Below are positions 12,825 to 26,460 of a DNA stretch of 64,000 nucleotides, piece after piece. The stretch is from Octopus sinensis (taxonomy: Eukaryota), in assembly GCF_006345805.1 (NCBI RefSeq), contig NC_043000.1, positions 110,608,001-110,672,000 on the forward strand, given 5' to 3'. Position 1 is the stretch's first letter. Each line of letters opens with the position of its first letter. Made by a program: the position numbers and the translations under genes. The notes below the pieces were generated by a model that was not told the DNA's origin, ran no database searches, and worked only from the letters and a program-made list of their open reading frames with translations.

Positions 12825-12830
12825 GTAGTA
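12625..12830 (+). mobile_element. tRNA-derived SINE with the alternative tail (CCCCAAAATTTCGGGCCTTGTGCCTAGAGTAGAAAAG + (ATT)n)
   Basis: Same head and body as the dominant SINE, different 3' end; internally deleted. Confidence 0.8.
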
Positions 12831-13121
12831 GTAGTAGTAGTAGTAGTAATGGCAGTAGTAGTATGGTGGTGATCTGACAGAAATGTTTGTACGTTGGGCA
12901 AAATGCCCAGCGGTATTTCTGCCGGATCTTTATGTTCTGAGTTCAAATCCTGCCGAAGTCAGCTTTATCTTTGACCTCTTCGGTAGGTGGGTGGATAAAA
13001 TAAACTACCACTAAATTAAATACACGTATATATATATATATAATATATATATATTATATATATATATATATATATTATTATATATATATATATTATATAT
13101 ACACACACACACATACACATA

Positions 13122-13278
13122 CGACGGACTTTTAATTTCCGCCTACCAAATCTACTTACAAGACCCTGGTCGACCCGCGGCTACCGTGGAAGAAGACACT
13201 CACCCAAGGCTGCCATGCAGTGGGACTGAACCCGGAACCATGTGGTTGGGAAGCAAGCCTCTTAGCACACAGCCACGG
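13122..13278 (-). mobile_element. Second SINE family, head (GGCTGTGTGGTAAGAAGCTTGCTTCCCAACCACATGG-type)
   Basis: Homologous to 18035-18205, 29950-30090 and 40320-40470. Confidence 0.8.
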
Positions 13279-13647
13279 CTGTCTGCTTATCGTTTTAATC
13301 TTGTGTGTCGGTCATTTCGTTCGTCTGTTACAACTCATTACTTGATAAACATCTCGTATTCAATGGTGAGAATAATCCAAGCGTAGACAAAAGAATTCGG
13401 CTAATTTATATCAATTAGTGATGCTATGTTGTGACGTCGACTGCTGCTGCCACCACCAACGTTATTTATGGCCTGTCTACATCTCGAAAAGTAGGAGTTT
13501 TAAAATACTACCATATAGGAATGCTCTCTTTCTTTCCTTCCTCTTTCTTCCCTTCACTCTTTCTTTCTTTCTTTCTCCTTCACCCACTCTCTCATATATA
13601 GATATATATAGATATATATATATACATTAAGTAATAATATGATATAT

Positions 13648-13773
<126 letters not shown>

Positions 13774-13924
13774 CATACATAAGTGTATAAAGGTTGAATG
13801 TGGATTCGTCCTTTAATTTGGAGGTTTCCAAAAAAGATTTCCAATGTTGATTCTTCATACTTTGCTGGGAGTTTACAGGCGTAAATTTGCGAAGATATGA
13901 AAGTAGTTCTTGTACATAATGTAT

Positions 13925-14096
13925 GGTGAATTTATGGAATGAAGTCCCATAAAAAGCATCAATTCAGTTTAAAATGGAGGAGACAAGTTGTTAAAATATG
14001 TCAGAAGTTTAAACTTTTCAGATATTTTAACAACTTGTCTCCTCCATTTAAAAAAAAATTAATGAGTTTTATGGGACTTCATTCCATAAATTCACC
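13925..14096. mobile_element. Palindromic MITE (~75-bp arms, short loop)
   Basis: GGTGAATTTATGGAATGAAGTCCCATAAAA...TTTTATGGGACTTCATTCCATAAATTCACC. Confidence 0.8.
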
Positions 14097-14751
14097 TTAT
14101 ATTTTACACACACACGCACATAGGGTGCCATGAGTAAATCGTCACAATTTTATATTTTTAATTTCGCGCATGCGCATTGTTGTTTTTGATTTTGTCGACT
14201 ATACAGTATAGTAGGCTCAGTTGGGCACCACCTCTGAGAAAAAACAGTCCCCTGACACAATTCACTCTTGAAGTGTCGCATGGTCTTCATTAATCATCAA
14301 TGGATGAACACTATTTTCTTCATTTTCTTTCTCTCTTCATTATTCATTTCCTTCCTTCCTTCCTTCCTTCCTTCATATATTTTTAAGCAGTTGTTAGATC
14401 ATCGTCATAATTTAACGGGCAGATTTTCATATGTATGTGTGCATGTATGTCTGTCTGTATGTATCTATGTACGTATGCATGTATGTATGCATGCATGCAT
14501 GTATGTATGAATGTATGTGTGTGTATATCTATGTATGTGTGTGTGTGCATGTATGTATGCCTGTATGTATGTAATATATGTATATATGTATGTGTCTACC
14601 TATCTATTTGTCTCTCTCTGTGCCTCTCTATCTGACTATCTATCTGCATTGTTTATACCATTTATTCTTTTGAATAGTATCAGTGGAATTTTCGAAACAT
14701 GTGTCGAAAGTAAAAATATTTGATTTACACTGCGTTAACTCCATTTATTTA

Positions 14752-14831
<80 letters not shown>

Positions 14832-14835
14832 TATA

Positions 14836-15035
14836 CTAAGCAATAAGGGTTCAGCAACGAATTGCCTTACCACATACCGAATTTAGAAATAGCGTAAAGG
14901 GTTATAGACTATTTCTTCTACTAAAAAGGAGATCTCAGTAAAAACAGCAATTGGAAGGCTGACACAAATTTCTAAATTTCTATTTTATTCTATGTTTATG
15001 TGGTAAGCAATTCGTTGCTGAAACCATTAGCTTAG
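14836..15035. mobile_element. Tc1/mariner-type MITE with TA target duplication
   Basis: TIRs CTAAGC..GGTTCAGCAACGAATTGC.TTACCACATA and its reverse complement; TA on both flanks. Confidence 0.8.
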
Positions 15036-15133
15036 TATTACTTAAATTTTCCTCAAATGAGGCTTTACATGCCGAAGACTACTTGGTAATTGATAATATT
15101 CCAAATTAATTAATTTCACCCTCATATTACGGA

Positions 15134-15180
<47 letters not shown>

Positions 15181-15318
15181 TATATATATACATTGTGTGT
15201 GTGTGTATATATATGTAGTTTACAATTTGGTTAGGTAGGGTCAACGTGACTGCTGAAGTACACACACACACACTACACACACCACACACACACACCACAC
15301 ACACCACACACACACACA

Positions 15319-15349
<31 letters not shown>

Positions 15350-15353
15350 CATA

Positions 15354-15406
<53 letters not shown>

Positions 15407-15457
15407 GTGTTCACACACACACACATATATGTATATACATATATATATACGTATATA

Positions 15458-16023
15458 CACTTGCGTCGGAAATTAATCAGCACTTCTCAAATTTCTACAT
15501 TTTCTTACATTTTCTTAATTTAATTAACTTATTATCAGAAATGAACTCGTTTTTAATCAAAAATTTATTAAAACATATCCCAGCACACCACATAATTGTT
15601 ATTAATCGTGAAATTTAGTCAATATCTTGTTGCTCCTCCTTTGGCAGCAATGACAGCTGCTACGCGGGTCGGCATGCTGTCTATGAGTGCCTGCAGGTAC
15701 TGTGCAGGGAGGGCCCTCATGCAGCAGGAAGTGCCCCAAACAGCTCGTGTCGGTTCCTGTATTGCTGCACATTCAAATCCCTACCCAATCGACTCCAGAG
15801 GTTCTCAATAGGGTTCAGGTCAGGTGACTGGCCAGCACGTACTCCTCGCCACCAAAGAGGTATCCCGTACTATCTCAACGTACTTTGCTGCGTTGATGTT
15901 GCTTTCGACGGCATAGAGCCGCCCAACACCACTGTAGCTGAACGCCCCTCACACCATCAGACCACCCCCACCATGCTTCATGGTGAGCAAATCAAGGGTG
16001 CTAATTAATTTCTGACGGTAGTG
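15458..16023 (-). mobile_element. Internally deleted Tc1 element with both TIRs
   Basis: TA|CACTTGCGTCGGAAATTAATCAGCAC ... GTGCTAATTAATTTCTGACGGTAGTG|TA; the minus strand retains PDLNPIENLW and AAVIAAKGGATRY*. Confidence 0.85.
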
Positions 16024-16029
16024 TATACA

Positions 16030-17855
16030 TGTTGAACACAACAAAAGTGCTATGGTGTCTCTGCTGCAAGATACGACCTATAACGAAAAGGTAAATAATT
16101 ACGAAAGATCAAACACAATAATTACCAACGACAAACCTGAACACACTCATTCACCGGCACAAAAAAAGGGTTTAACAAACAAAGAATATGTTTACGAAAC
16201 TCATTTTGAATGCAAAACTAGCTACTTCTACAGCCTCACCCAAGTTCACAAGAACCAAACTATTAAGGACCCCTAAAAAGAATCAATTCCAAGTAGTATA
16301 TACATAGAATATCTCGCCGACCTTAAATTTTGACCAATTGTAGTTGGGTCTTACTGCGAAATCCACAGAAACAACAATTTTATTGATATACTACTGAAAC
16401 GTATTTTAGAATACATACTAAGTCTTGTAACAGACAACCTGGATCTGCTAAACTACCTCCCTAAAGCCATCAACAAAGATACCATTATTGCATTGTTTGA
16501 CGTAGTAAACCTCTATACCACAATCCCACACCAATGTGGACTAGAGGCAATAGGTTTCTGGCTCAAAAATTTCTCTAAAGGATCCCAGACAGAATTGAAA
16601 GAAGTTTCATCCCCGAAGGATTAAAATTCATCCTTGCAAACATTTTTGACTTTAATGGAAATGTTTACAAGCAAATATCTGGGAGGGCGATGGGTATCGA
16701 AGTCGCTCCGATTAATGCTAATTTAGTCGTGGCTAAATTGGCGGTCCAGATATATGAACAATCTAAATTAAAATATGACTTGGGCTTCCATAAATATTTA
16801 CTAGAAAACTGAAAACATTACTTCGATGACTGCCTTATTCCGTAGACGCAGACATTTAAATAGGTTACTGATTTCAAAAAAGCTAATTAATAGCATATGC
16901 TATACTATTACCTTCTCCATGGAATACAGTAAAAACAAACTGCCATTCTTGGACATTCAAGACAAACACAAACACTGAAGCAGACATTCACTACAAACCA
17001 ACAGATTCTAAACAATACCTGTTCTTCTCCTCATGCCATCTGAAATACACGAAGACTAATATTCCATTTAATCTAGGAAGCAGACTCTTCACAATTGTTT
17101 CAAATTTCGAAACTCGTAATAAAAAAAGTCTAGAAATTAAAACAAATACTACATTGTCCATCAATGTTAACAGACAACGGAGTGGAACGTGCCAAAACAA
17201 TAGATATTCAAGATGTACATAAAATAAAGAAAAATCATTTCAGATTCGCTCAACACTCTTTTATAACAACACAACCTAAAACATAGAGATTTACAAAGTT
17301 ATTCAACAGAACATTCCGCGATAGAGAAAAGGCCCAAGAATGAAACAAGCACTCGAAATATATAAAATAATCAAAAGCAAAAGACAAACAAAATCCTTAA
17401 AAAAAAAACAAAAAATTTTCCCCAGCGCTAAATTATCCTCCACAAATTCCACACCAACAATCAAAAAGTGTGGCCGACCTAATTGCGGGACTTGTATCAA
17501 CCTCATTGACGACAAAACATAAATTTAAATCAGGACAGGTTTTTACCATAAAAATATCACCAGTTCGTAAAAAAAAAATTTAATATATGCTATTAAATGT
17601 AAAGGATGTAAAGGGGATTATATAGGTCAAACAAAACTTACACTCAGAAATAGACTGACAATTCATCGCCAACAAATACGAGATCCTAGTACTAGGCAGA
17701 TCCCACTGACTGGGCACATAGACATATGTGCAAAAAAAGTTCCCCAAATTTCAAGTTTTCCCACTTTACTTTTGATGAGTCAAAACCACTGACCAAGCAC
17801 GAGTAAGCAAAGAAAATACATTCATACAAAGCTATAAACCAAGTTTGAATAAACT
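16030..17855 (+). mobile_element. Penelope-like element (PLE), decayed RT + GIY-YIG endonuclease
   Basis: HFECKTSYFYSL..VHK, LFDVVNLYTTIPH, KQISGRAMG..VAP, YFDDC; at ~17580-17690 LIYAIKCKGCKGDYIGQTKLTLRNRLTIHRQQI (GIY-YIG). Many stops and frameshifts. Confidence 0.9.
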
Positions 17856-18034
17856 TTAACAAATTACATTCACCACCAACTACTCACTCATATACTCATT
17901 CTTCCACTTGAAATGCCGAATATAGACAGCTAACAACCTAAACGTTGGGCACAAGCACGACACCAACGCACGAATTTAGTGGAGACAAAATTATATGCTT
18001 ACGTACAGACATACAAATCATAACCAGGCGTGGC

Positions 18035-19261
18035 TGCGTGGAGGCACATGCGTGGCTGTGTGGTAAGAAACTTGCTTCCCAACCACGTGGTTCCGGGTTC
18101 AGTCTCATTGCGTGGCACATTGGGCAATTGTCTTATACTATAGCCTCGGACCGACCAAAGCCTTGTGAGTGGATTTAGTAGACGGAAACTGAAAGAATCC
18201 CGTCGTTTTCGTTGTGCTTATTGTCCTGTATATCTTTTTTTGCTTGTCTTGTTCCTTGGTTTGTGTCTATGTTTTTCGTCTCTCTATGTGTTCGACGTCT
18301 TTTTGGTGTCCTGTACACATATATGCGTGTATATGTACATGTAGAGGTAGGTACGTACATATATGTTTATATATATGCATATGTTCTATTTTATTAACAT
18401 ATTATACGACTAAACGCACGCACCCTATTAAGTAAGATTGTTCTGTTTATCAAGTTAGCCTTGATATTAACTCTCACGCGACTCTGCATCTTTCTTTCTT
18501 TCTCTCCCATTCCCTTTTTCGTCTTTTTTCCCTCACTTAACTTGTCTCTTCCTCTCTCTCTCATTCTTCATTCTCTCTCTCCCTTTCACCATTCTTCATG
18601 GTCTCCTCGCACATTCCCCTTCTTCTCTCTCTTCCTCTTGCTCCTCCTCCCCCATTCCGTCGTCCATCTGCGACGATACTTCCGTCGTAACTGCTATCCT
18701 GTCTTTTCTCGCCCGCCTTCTAAGGCTACTGGTCGACATTTTTTCTCTCTCGTCGTCCACTATAATCCAGCGTTTGCAATACTTTTTTCGTCTGGCGCTA
18801 ACAGCCCTTCTTATCTTGTTTTCCTTGTCCTGTCTCTCACTGTTATATATTTATTTTTCCACTGTTTATATATATATTTTTTACTCTTTATATGTTTGTA
18901 CTGTCGTTACCGTCTTGCTTTTTTTACCCCTCTGCGAAAAGATCTCAGAATTTTAATTGATTTGCTTTTCGCAGGAAGGAAGTTTTCTTCGAAGTATACG
19001 TCTCGCTTTTATCCTTCGAAACGTTTAGTAGATGAAACCTTAGCGACTGAAGAAGGGGATTTTTCGTTGTGCTTATTGTCCTGTATCTCTTTTTTTGCTT
19101 GTCTGTTCCTTGGTTTGTGTCTATGTTTTTCGTCTCTCTATGTGTTCGACGTCTTTTTGGTGTCCTGTACACATATATGCGTGTATATGTACATGTAGAG
19201 GTAGGTACGTACATATATGTTTATATATATGCATATGTTCTATTTTATTAACATATATATA

Positions 19262-19345
<84 letters not shown>

Positions 19346-19352
19346 ATGTATG

Positions 19353-19384
<32 letters not shown>

Positions 19385-19672
19385 TGTATGTATGTATGTA
19401 TATATATGTATATGTATGTATGTATGTATTTTTTATATATATATATGTATGTATGTATATATTTGTGTGTTTGTGGCTATGTTTGTCCCTCCACCGTCGC
19501 TTGACAACCGATGTTGGCGTGTTTATGTCCCCGTAACTCACCTGTTCGGCAAAAGAGACCGATATAATAAGTACTAGTCTTACAAAGAATAAGTTCAGTG
19601 GTCGATTTCTTCGACCAAAAGGCGGTGCTCCAGCATGGCCACAGTCATAATGACTGAAACAAATAAAATAAT
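18035..19672 (+). mobile_element. Second-family SINE (head 18035-18205, 3' part ~19480-19672) split by a 1-kb insertion at its internal microsatellite
   Basis: The intact head + (TA)n/(TG)n + 3' part arrangement is seen at 29950-30400. Confidence 0.75.
18206..19256 (+). mobile_element. ~1.05-kb element with ~195-bp direct terminal repeats; possible PLE pseudo-LTR derivative
   Basis: 18206-18402 and 19061-19256 are near-identical; a hammerhead-like motif lies at 18983-19060. The PLE link is inference. Confidence 0.6.
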
Positions 19673-20170
19673 TCACCACTAGGAGACACAGAAACCAATC
19701 CTGTCCACTCAACCAGTTGAGAAATTGAATTTAGAGATGACCACTGGACACCTTCACTCAGCTGTTATCAGTCTCAACTTACTGCCCACAAAAATATTGT
19801 CACATGGCATTAATGCATGAACTAAGCGGGAAACTTACAAACATTTTAAAACCTAATCATGTGATCATCCTTCACCAATGAAATTGTATCCGAGACGAAA
19901 GACTAATTTGGGCTATGTTCTCACCGTAAAAACAAGAGAATTTTGAATCTCCAGTCAGGAGCGGAACAGTTTTTATCTCAATGTTTTGGAAATCAGAAAA
20001 ATCTGTGAAACCGGTTCAGCCTTTAAAAATAAAATACTCTCAGTGCATTTTTAATTTCTCTTTTCAACCCACACACACATTCATAAATACACACACATAT
20101 ATATAGAGAGATATACATATATATATATACTTATATATCTGTATATGTATGTACAATTCATACACATACA

Positions 20171-20204
<34 letters not shown>

Positions 20205-20947
20205 CATACATACATACAAACATGCTTACATACATACATACATGCATATATACATATATATATGAATGCATACATACATACATATTGGCTTACTTGGAGG
20301 CGAGGTGGCAGTGTCTATGATCTTTTTCAAGGTCTCCTACGCTAAAGACTTGGTCTAACTTCTTGTCATATAGACTCCGCGAATGGCGCCCAAAGGTCAG
20401 GTGGTCGTTATACCAGCCAACTGAACGAAAGCGCCATCTATGAATTTTACTTGTGGACGCAACATAAAGAAAATAACAATATATAATAAAGACACAAGCA
20501 GTATGTATTAGATATCGTTAGCTCCGCTGGGTGGCGATAATTTTTGTAAAACTGGTTTGAGATTAATGAAATAATCGATAAACAAATTTAAATATCATAT
20601 AAATATTTATATCACGTTTAATAATTTCTTTTTACAGTTATTAAATATCAAATACCATGTTGAAAGTTTATATAATATAGAAATGTCATGGAATTATAGT
20701 CAAAGCACACATGTTATCGATTGTTTACGATACCAAATTGCAAAGTAAAACAGGAAAACATCATTCTAATAAGGTGTTATACTTGGATTGTGATTTTATC
20801 AACGAAATACCATTTCTAAATACATTTCTTATAAAATTGAAAATGTTATAAATGTCAAATTATTTTAATATAAAACTTTGTTATCTCATTGTTTCCTTGA
20901 TATGTTTTATTATACATATGTATATATGTGTGTTAAGAAGCTATTAC

Positions 20948-21700
20948 ATGTAGCCTCGTTTATCGCGGATTCATTTATCACTGATACAAGATAACACGGT
21001 ACGTTCGATTGTGAACCATTTTTACGCTTATCACGGAATGATCTGTGTGATAGTATGGGTCGAAGGTCGAAGATTCTGCTTGGTCAGCAAAAACACGCCA
21101 ACGACAATACACAGTGCTCAGTTCTCTAGAATGCACTGACCATAGCTTGTATTTACACGAACGTGTTGCACGGTTTTGTATTTTTTATGCGGATTTATGT
21201 CTTTGTACCCAACAACCTGGGATCAGTGAACAGAAAAATGAGGCGCCTGACCTTAATAGGCGCCTTCTTCTACAGAAAAAGGTAGAAGTGATCAAGAAAA
21301 TACGTGATGGTGGAAGCTTCGCTATTGTGGGTCATGAGTTTGGTGCCAATGGATCTACCATTCATTCCATTTACAAAGTTCTTGGAGTTGATTCAGTTAT
21401 CACATTTTTTAAAAACTAGACCACTGTGATAAACGAGGATAGATGTCTCGCTTTGAAGAAGATGAAATTATCTTTTACTATTTAGAATAGAGAAAAAAAC
21501 CCCGATGGTATTATGAGAAGTTCTATAAGAAAAAAAGAAGCTTGATTATTTTCTTGGAAACCGATGTGTTTTGTGAAGCCTATAGAATATTCTTCGTCTT
21601 ATGGGCCTTTTTAAATCGATGGCAATCTTACCGGGTTTCAGTGGATACTAAAAAGCAGTTGAAAGTTCAATTCTTACTCAGTATCTTGTATATAAAGTGC
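20948..21700 (+). mobile_element. pogo/Tigger-like DNA transposon remnant
   Basis: TIR-like GTAGCCTCGTTTATCGCGG at ~20950; ORF 21114-21419 has RRLLLQKKVEVIKKIRDGGSFAIVGHEFGANGSTIHSIYK, a CENP-B-type N-terminal HTH. Right boundary approximate. Confidence 0.7.
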
Positions 21701-22075
21701 AAAAAGATAATATAAAAATTGTGGACGATTATAGCACCTGAAGACATCTGGAGAGCTTAATGAACCAAAGTTTCGATTTAAAGAGACACCAAAAAAGTAA
21801 AAGAAGAGAAAAAAATGAAAACATAATCCGGAAACATGGTGTGTAAGTGAAATGTTAGAAATATAGAAATTTAATTTTGTTGAGTGGAACGAAACGCTTA
21901 TACAATATATGCGTTTTGTGTTTTATGGACAATAATAATCCAACGTAGCCAAGCAGGCGTTTTTATTGCTGTTAGCGGTTGTGGAATGTTCGAGAATTCA
22001 TGGTATTTTCAAATGTCTGACAGGATTAAGACATTGAAAAAAATTCCTTGATATTTAAAAACATAAATCTTTGGA

Positions 22076-22465
22076 TCAAATTTTTATATCGATCGTGAAA
22101 TCATTTTTAAAGTCAATCTTAGCTACAGCGCCAGGTAAAGTCTTTATATCATCGATCTGTCGGAGAGAATCATTATACTTTGCCAACCCTTCGCCGACTT
22201 GTGGCACATTGGGTTGATCAAAGACTTCACCACTCGAGTTCTTCATTTCTTCGCGTAGACATTTTGACGCCCATCTCCGTAGTTGATATTTTCGTCTTTT
22301 TAAGTGATAATGTGCAAAAGATACGGAAAAGAAGAGTACCATAATGGCGGCCAGTACAACATAGGGGACCCACAGTAAAGACATGTTTCTGTTACTGCGG
22401 ACTTCTTCGGTTGGTTCATGTGTGACTTTCAGCCCTTGTGCCGTTACTTTCGAATCGTTACTCAT
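22076..22465 (-). CDS. Small single-pass membrane protein (~129 aa from MSNDSK; may be extended by an upstream exon), no family recognised
   Basis: Intact, non-repetitive ORF. Strong acceptor TTTTGTTTTGCTTTTTACAG ends at 22491; ATG in AAAATGA context; hydrophobic LLWVPYVVLAAIMVLFFSVSF followed by basic HLKRRKY; AATAAA on - at 21967-21962. Confidence 0.7.
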   Translation of the reverse strand: MSNDSKVTAQGLKVTHEPTEEVRSNRNMSLLWVPYVVLAAIMVLFFSVSFAHYHLKRRKYQLRRWASKCLREEMKNSSGEVFDQPNVPQVGEGLAKYNDSLRQIDDIKTLPGAVAKIDFKNDFTIDIKI

Positions 22466-22927
22466 TTTAATCGGTGAAAGATGCTTCTCTCTGTAAAAAG
22501 CAAAACAAAACAGATTAGAATAAAGAATAAATAAAAATAAAATAAAATAAAATAACAAGCAATTATTTCTACGGGCACAAAAAACCCCAGACAATTTTGG
22601 AGAAACTGACTGATTCTACATTATTGATGCTGGAAGGTCGAGCGGCAAAATTTATGGACAATTTTGAAGTTTTAGACATTTTGATAAGACACTCTTTAAT
22701 ATTCTACATTTTTGCAAAATGATAAATATCTGCTTTTTTCTCCATCTTTCTTTTTACCTGCGTTTGCTGATGTATTTCATTTTTCATCGTTTACTTGTTT
22801 CAGTCATTGGATTGCGACCATGCTGGGGCACCACTTTAAAGGGTTCTTATTCTATCACTCTAACAAATCGACGACAACGGTCAAACGGTGAAGGGAACAA
22901 GCACAAAGGCAAAAACACACACGCGTA

Positions 22928-23017
<90 letters not shown>

Positions 23018-23119
23018 TCAGAGAAATCGGATTAAAATCGGAGCTGGATCCTCAGTAAGAAATCTGCGAATACCGGCTAACAGTGTATATCTATAGATAC
23101 AATCAGTCGAGTGAGTGTG

Positions 23120-23159
23120 TGTATTTGTGTTTGTGTGTGTGTTTGTGTGTTTGTGAGGG

Positions 23160-23190
<31 letters not shown>

Positions 23191-23560
23191 CTTTGTGTGC
23201 GTGTACGTGCGTGCGTTCGTGTGTGTGTGTGTGTGTGTGTGTGTTTGTGTGCGTGCGTGCGTGTGTGTGTTTGTGTGTGTATTTGTGTGTGTTTGTGTGT
23301 GTGTGTGTTTGTGTGCTTGTGTGTGTGTTTGTGTGTGTGATTGTGTGTGTGTGTGTGTGTGTGTGCGTGTGCGTGCGTGCGTGTGTGTGTTTGTGTGTGT
23401 ATTTGTGTGTGTTTGTGTGTGTGTGTGTTTGTGTGCTTGTGTGTGTGTTTGTGTGTGTGATTGTGTGTGTGTGTGTGGTGTGTGTGTGTGTGGTGTGTGT
23501 GTGTGTTTGTGTGCGTGTGTGTGCGTGCGTGCGTGCGTGCGTGTGTGTGTGTGTTTGCCT
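23120..23560. repeat. Imperfect (TG)n array with a ~120-bp internal higher-order duplication
   Basis: The variant pattern at ~23251-23360 recurs at ~23371-23480. Confidence 0.85.
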
Positions 23561-24395
23561 ATTCTTATTAAAACTGAATTAGAAAGAGTTTCCCTCTCTG
23601 AAGAGAACGCTTAGTGTTTTAGTGCTTGTAGTGCTGGCGATGTGAGATCGATATCACCGATCCTTAGTCATAGGAAACCCTACTCCGTGGGTATCAAATT
23701 TGATTTGATTTGCGAAAGGAATTGAAGCATAAATTAGATTTAGCGAATATAAACAATTATTCCTGAAAAAAAAACAGCAATAAAAACAGACATTCATAAT
23801 AAAATCAAAAGTCAGTATATTTGGGTCACTAGAGGAATTGGTTAGCTTTTCCCTCCATCGTCATATCTCTGTAAAGAGGTACAATTTATAAATGGTAAAG
23901 TTGGAGAGCAAGAATAAAAATTCCTAGATGAAAAGAAAAAGGAAAAGAAAAGAAAAAAGATATAAAATGCTGTCGGTGCGAATGGTGCCGTATTTTACAA
24001 TCCTGTAAAGAATAATAATGGTATTTTTTTTGTATAAGCTTAAAGCTTATGGTGATCACCGTGCAATGACCAAGGAAAATAGTCGAATAAAGGGGCATAT
24101 AAACCCTCGAAAGAAAAAAGAAGGCTTTCCTCTCCGCGTGAAGAAAATATTTTTTGTGTTAATTCAAATAATATTGGAGAAGATTAAAACAGATGAAAAA
24201 GAAAAAAGCGGACGAATTTATCAGACAACGCAATATGTTTGCAATCGTGCATGCATGTCAAGAGCAGGGGTTATTAGCCTCCAACAGAGCCGAAAATACA
24301 AAATATAAGTTAGTCCTAGAGCGCACAATGTTCCTAAAGGTCAGCAATGATCTTCTTCAGTCACGTGTGGACGGCCATTATCATCATGTGTGTGC

Positions 24396-24437
<42 letters not shown>

Positions 24438-24847
24438 TTGCTCGCGAGTGCTACTGGTACAAACTGTCACGTCATATGGTTGGGTCGTCAGCGACTAAAC
24501 CGGCAACCCCCAACAGAAGAGGGTGATTATTGGACATCCTGCAGGATGAAAAGGAAGATCTGTTGAAGGACGGAGGAGCTGATGAAGATCAACGGCCATC
24601 CAATTGAGGTCTACGGTTCAATCGGTCTCTTGGCATATTGACACCAACTGTTGCGATCAGCGGAACCAAAAAGGTGTGAATGGTCACACACAAGCTCTGA
24701 CCACTTTAAAACCAGTCACTGAGTGAATTGTCAACGGATTTGCTTACTCTTCTTTTTATCAAAATTATCGTAAAAAAGGAAAAGAGATGGAGAGAAAAAA
24801 AAGTAAAATTCTTTGACTGTCATGCGTGGAATACGACGTGAGAGTGT

Positions 24848-24903
<56 letters not shown>

Positions 24904-25205
24904 ATATATATACACATACATACATACATACAAGCATGTATGTGAGAATAATTGTGGTATATGTTTATATACAATTAGGCAGATAATGTTTCTGATAAAA
25001 TTTGATAAAGGGACATTTATCAGATCATATATATATATATATATATATACATGCATACCCCCACAAACATAGACACATACGTACCTGTACATATGCATCC
25101 AAATTTATTCATACGCAGCTACGTATATGTAGCTACGTATGTGTGAGTACGTATGCATGTGTGTACGCGTGTACGCATGAATGTATGTGTGTATATGTAT
25201 GTTTG

Positions 25206-25239
<34 letters not shown>

Positions 25240-25277
25240 TGTATGTATGTATGTATGTATGTATGTATGTATGCACG

Positions 25278-25321
<44 letters not shown>

Positions 25322-25328
25322 CGTGCAT

Positions 25329-25376
<48 letters not shown>

Positions 25377-25503
25377 ATATAGATATATATATATATAAGC
25401 ATGTATGTATGTAAATATGCACTCAAAACGTAAACATAACAATTATCTATTTTTAATACTTGTAAATTTTGATATCACCACTTATTTATACACCTTCCTA
25501 CTA

Positions 25504-25573
<70 letters not shown>

Positions 25574-25621
25574 CAACACACACACGCACACATATATACA
25601 CATAGAGACATACATACACAT

Positions 25622-26450
25622 ACATGTCAGAAGTAAATAGACACACCATAAGACATCGTTTTATGTTTATTCAAACTTGTAAGGGTTTATATGTTTTTTA
25701 TTAATTGACATTTTTATGTTTCAGGTTCTATATGTGACTGTTTAATGTTGCCACGCCCAAAAATCTTTGGAACTGTCTGAATTTCAAACAGGCCGTATTG
25801 TGGGTCAATCAGAAGGTAGACATAGTCAGCGTAAAATCACAAAAAACCTTGGGATCCCGCTTTCTACAGTTGATAGAGTGATTGTGAAATTCACAAGAGA
25901 GTGTAAGGGGTCTGCATCACCTAGCCCAGATTAACCAGGGCCCTCTGACAGGATCCTTTTCTTTGCTTAGAGAAGTGTGGAGGATAATCCTCATTGTAAG
26001 GCCTCTGACATAGCAGAACAAGTTGATGTCAATCCCAGAATAGCTGTGAGGTATCTCCACAAACTTGGTTACTATGGCAGAGCAGTAAGAAGGAATCCAC
26101 TTCTTCGACCAGTTAACACCAAGCGGTGAAAAGATTGGGCTAGTGAGCTGGTGGAGAGGCCACTAGCATTTTGGGACACTGTCATATTCTGTAATGAGTC
26201 TAGATTTACTGTATTTCCTGACAGTAGTCGAGTGTGGGTCTGGAGACTTTGAGATCAGGAATTTGATGCGAAAGGATTGCAACCAACAATGAAACATGGC
26301 AGCTATTCTTTGATGGCCTGGGAAGCAATTTGGAGCAATGGTTGATCTGAGCTGGTGGAGTGTGAGGGAATCATAAATCCAAATAAATATGTGCCCATAT
26401 TGCAGAAAGGACTCCTTCCAATCTTCTCCAGTCGTAAAATGATTAAAAGT
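25622..26450 (+). mobile_element. Decayed Tc1-like transposase (5' two-thirds)
   Basis: [12 protein letters not shown]-like N-terminus, VIFCNESRF (first catalytic motif, degenerate), TMKHGSYSLMAWEAIWSNG, IINPNKYVPILQKGLLP. Confidence 0.8.
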
Positions 26451-26460
26451 GATTAAAAAA

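Noticed and set aside
18461-19198. 245-aa hydrophobic ORF
   Set aside because: Low-complexity T/C-rich sequence inside the direct-repeat element; no coherent domain.
24420-24730. Possible LINE 5' end or additional SINE family (also 38150-38580, 45000-45110)
   Set aside because: Looks repeat-like, but I could not assign a family or boundaries from this window alone.
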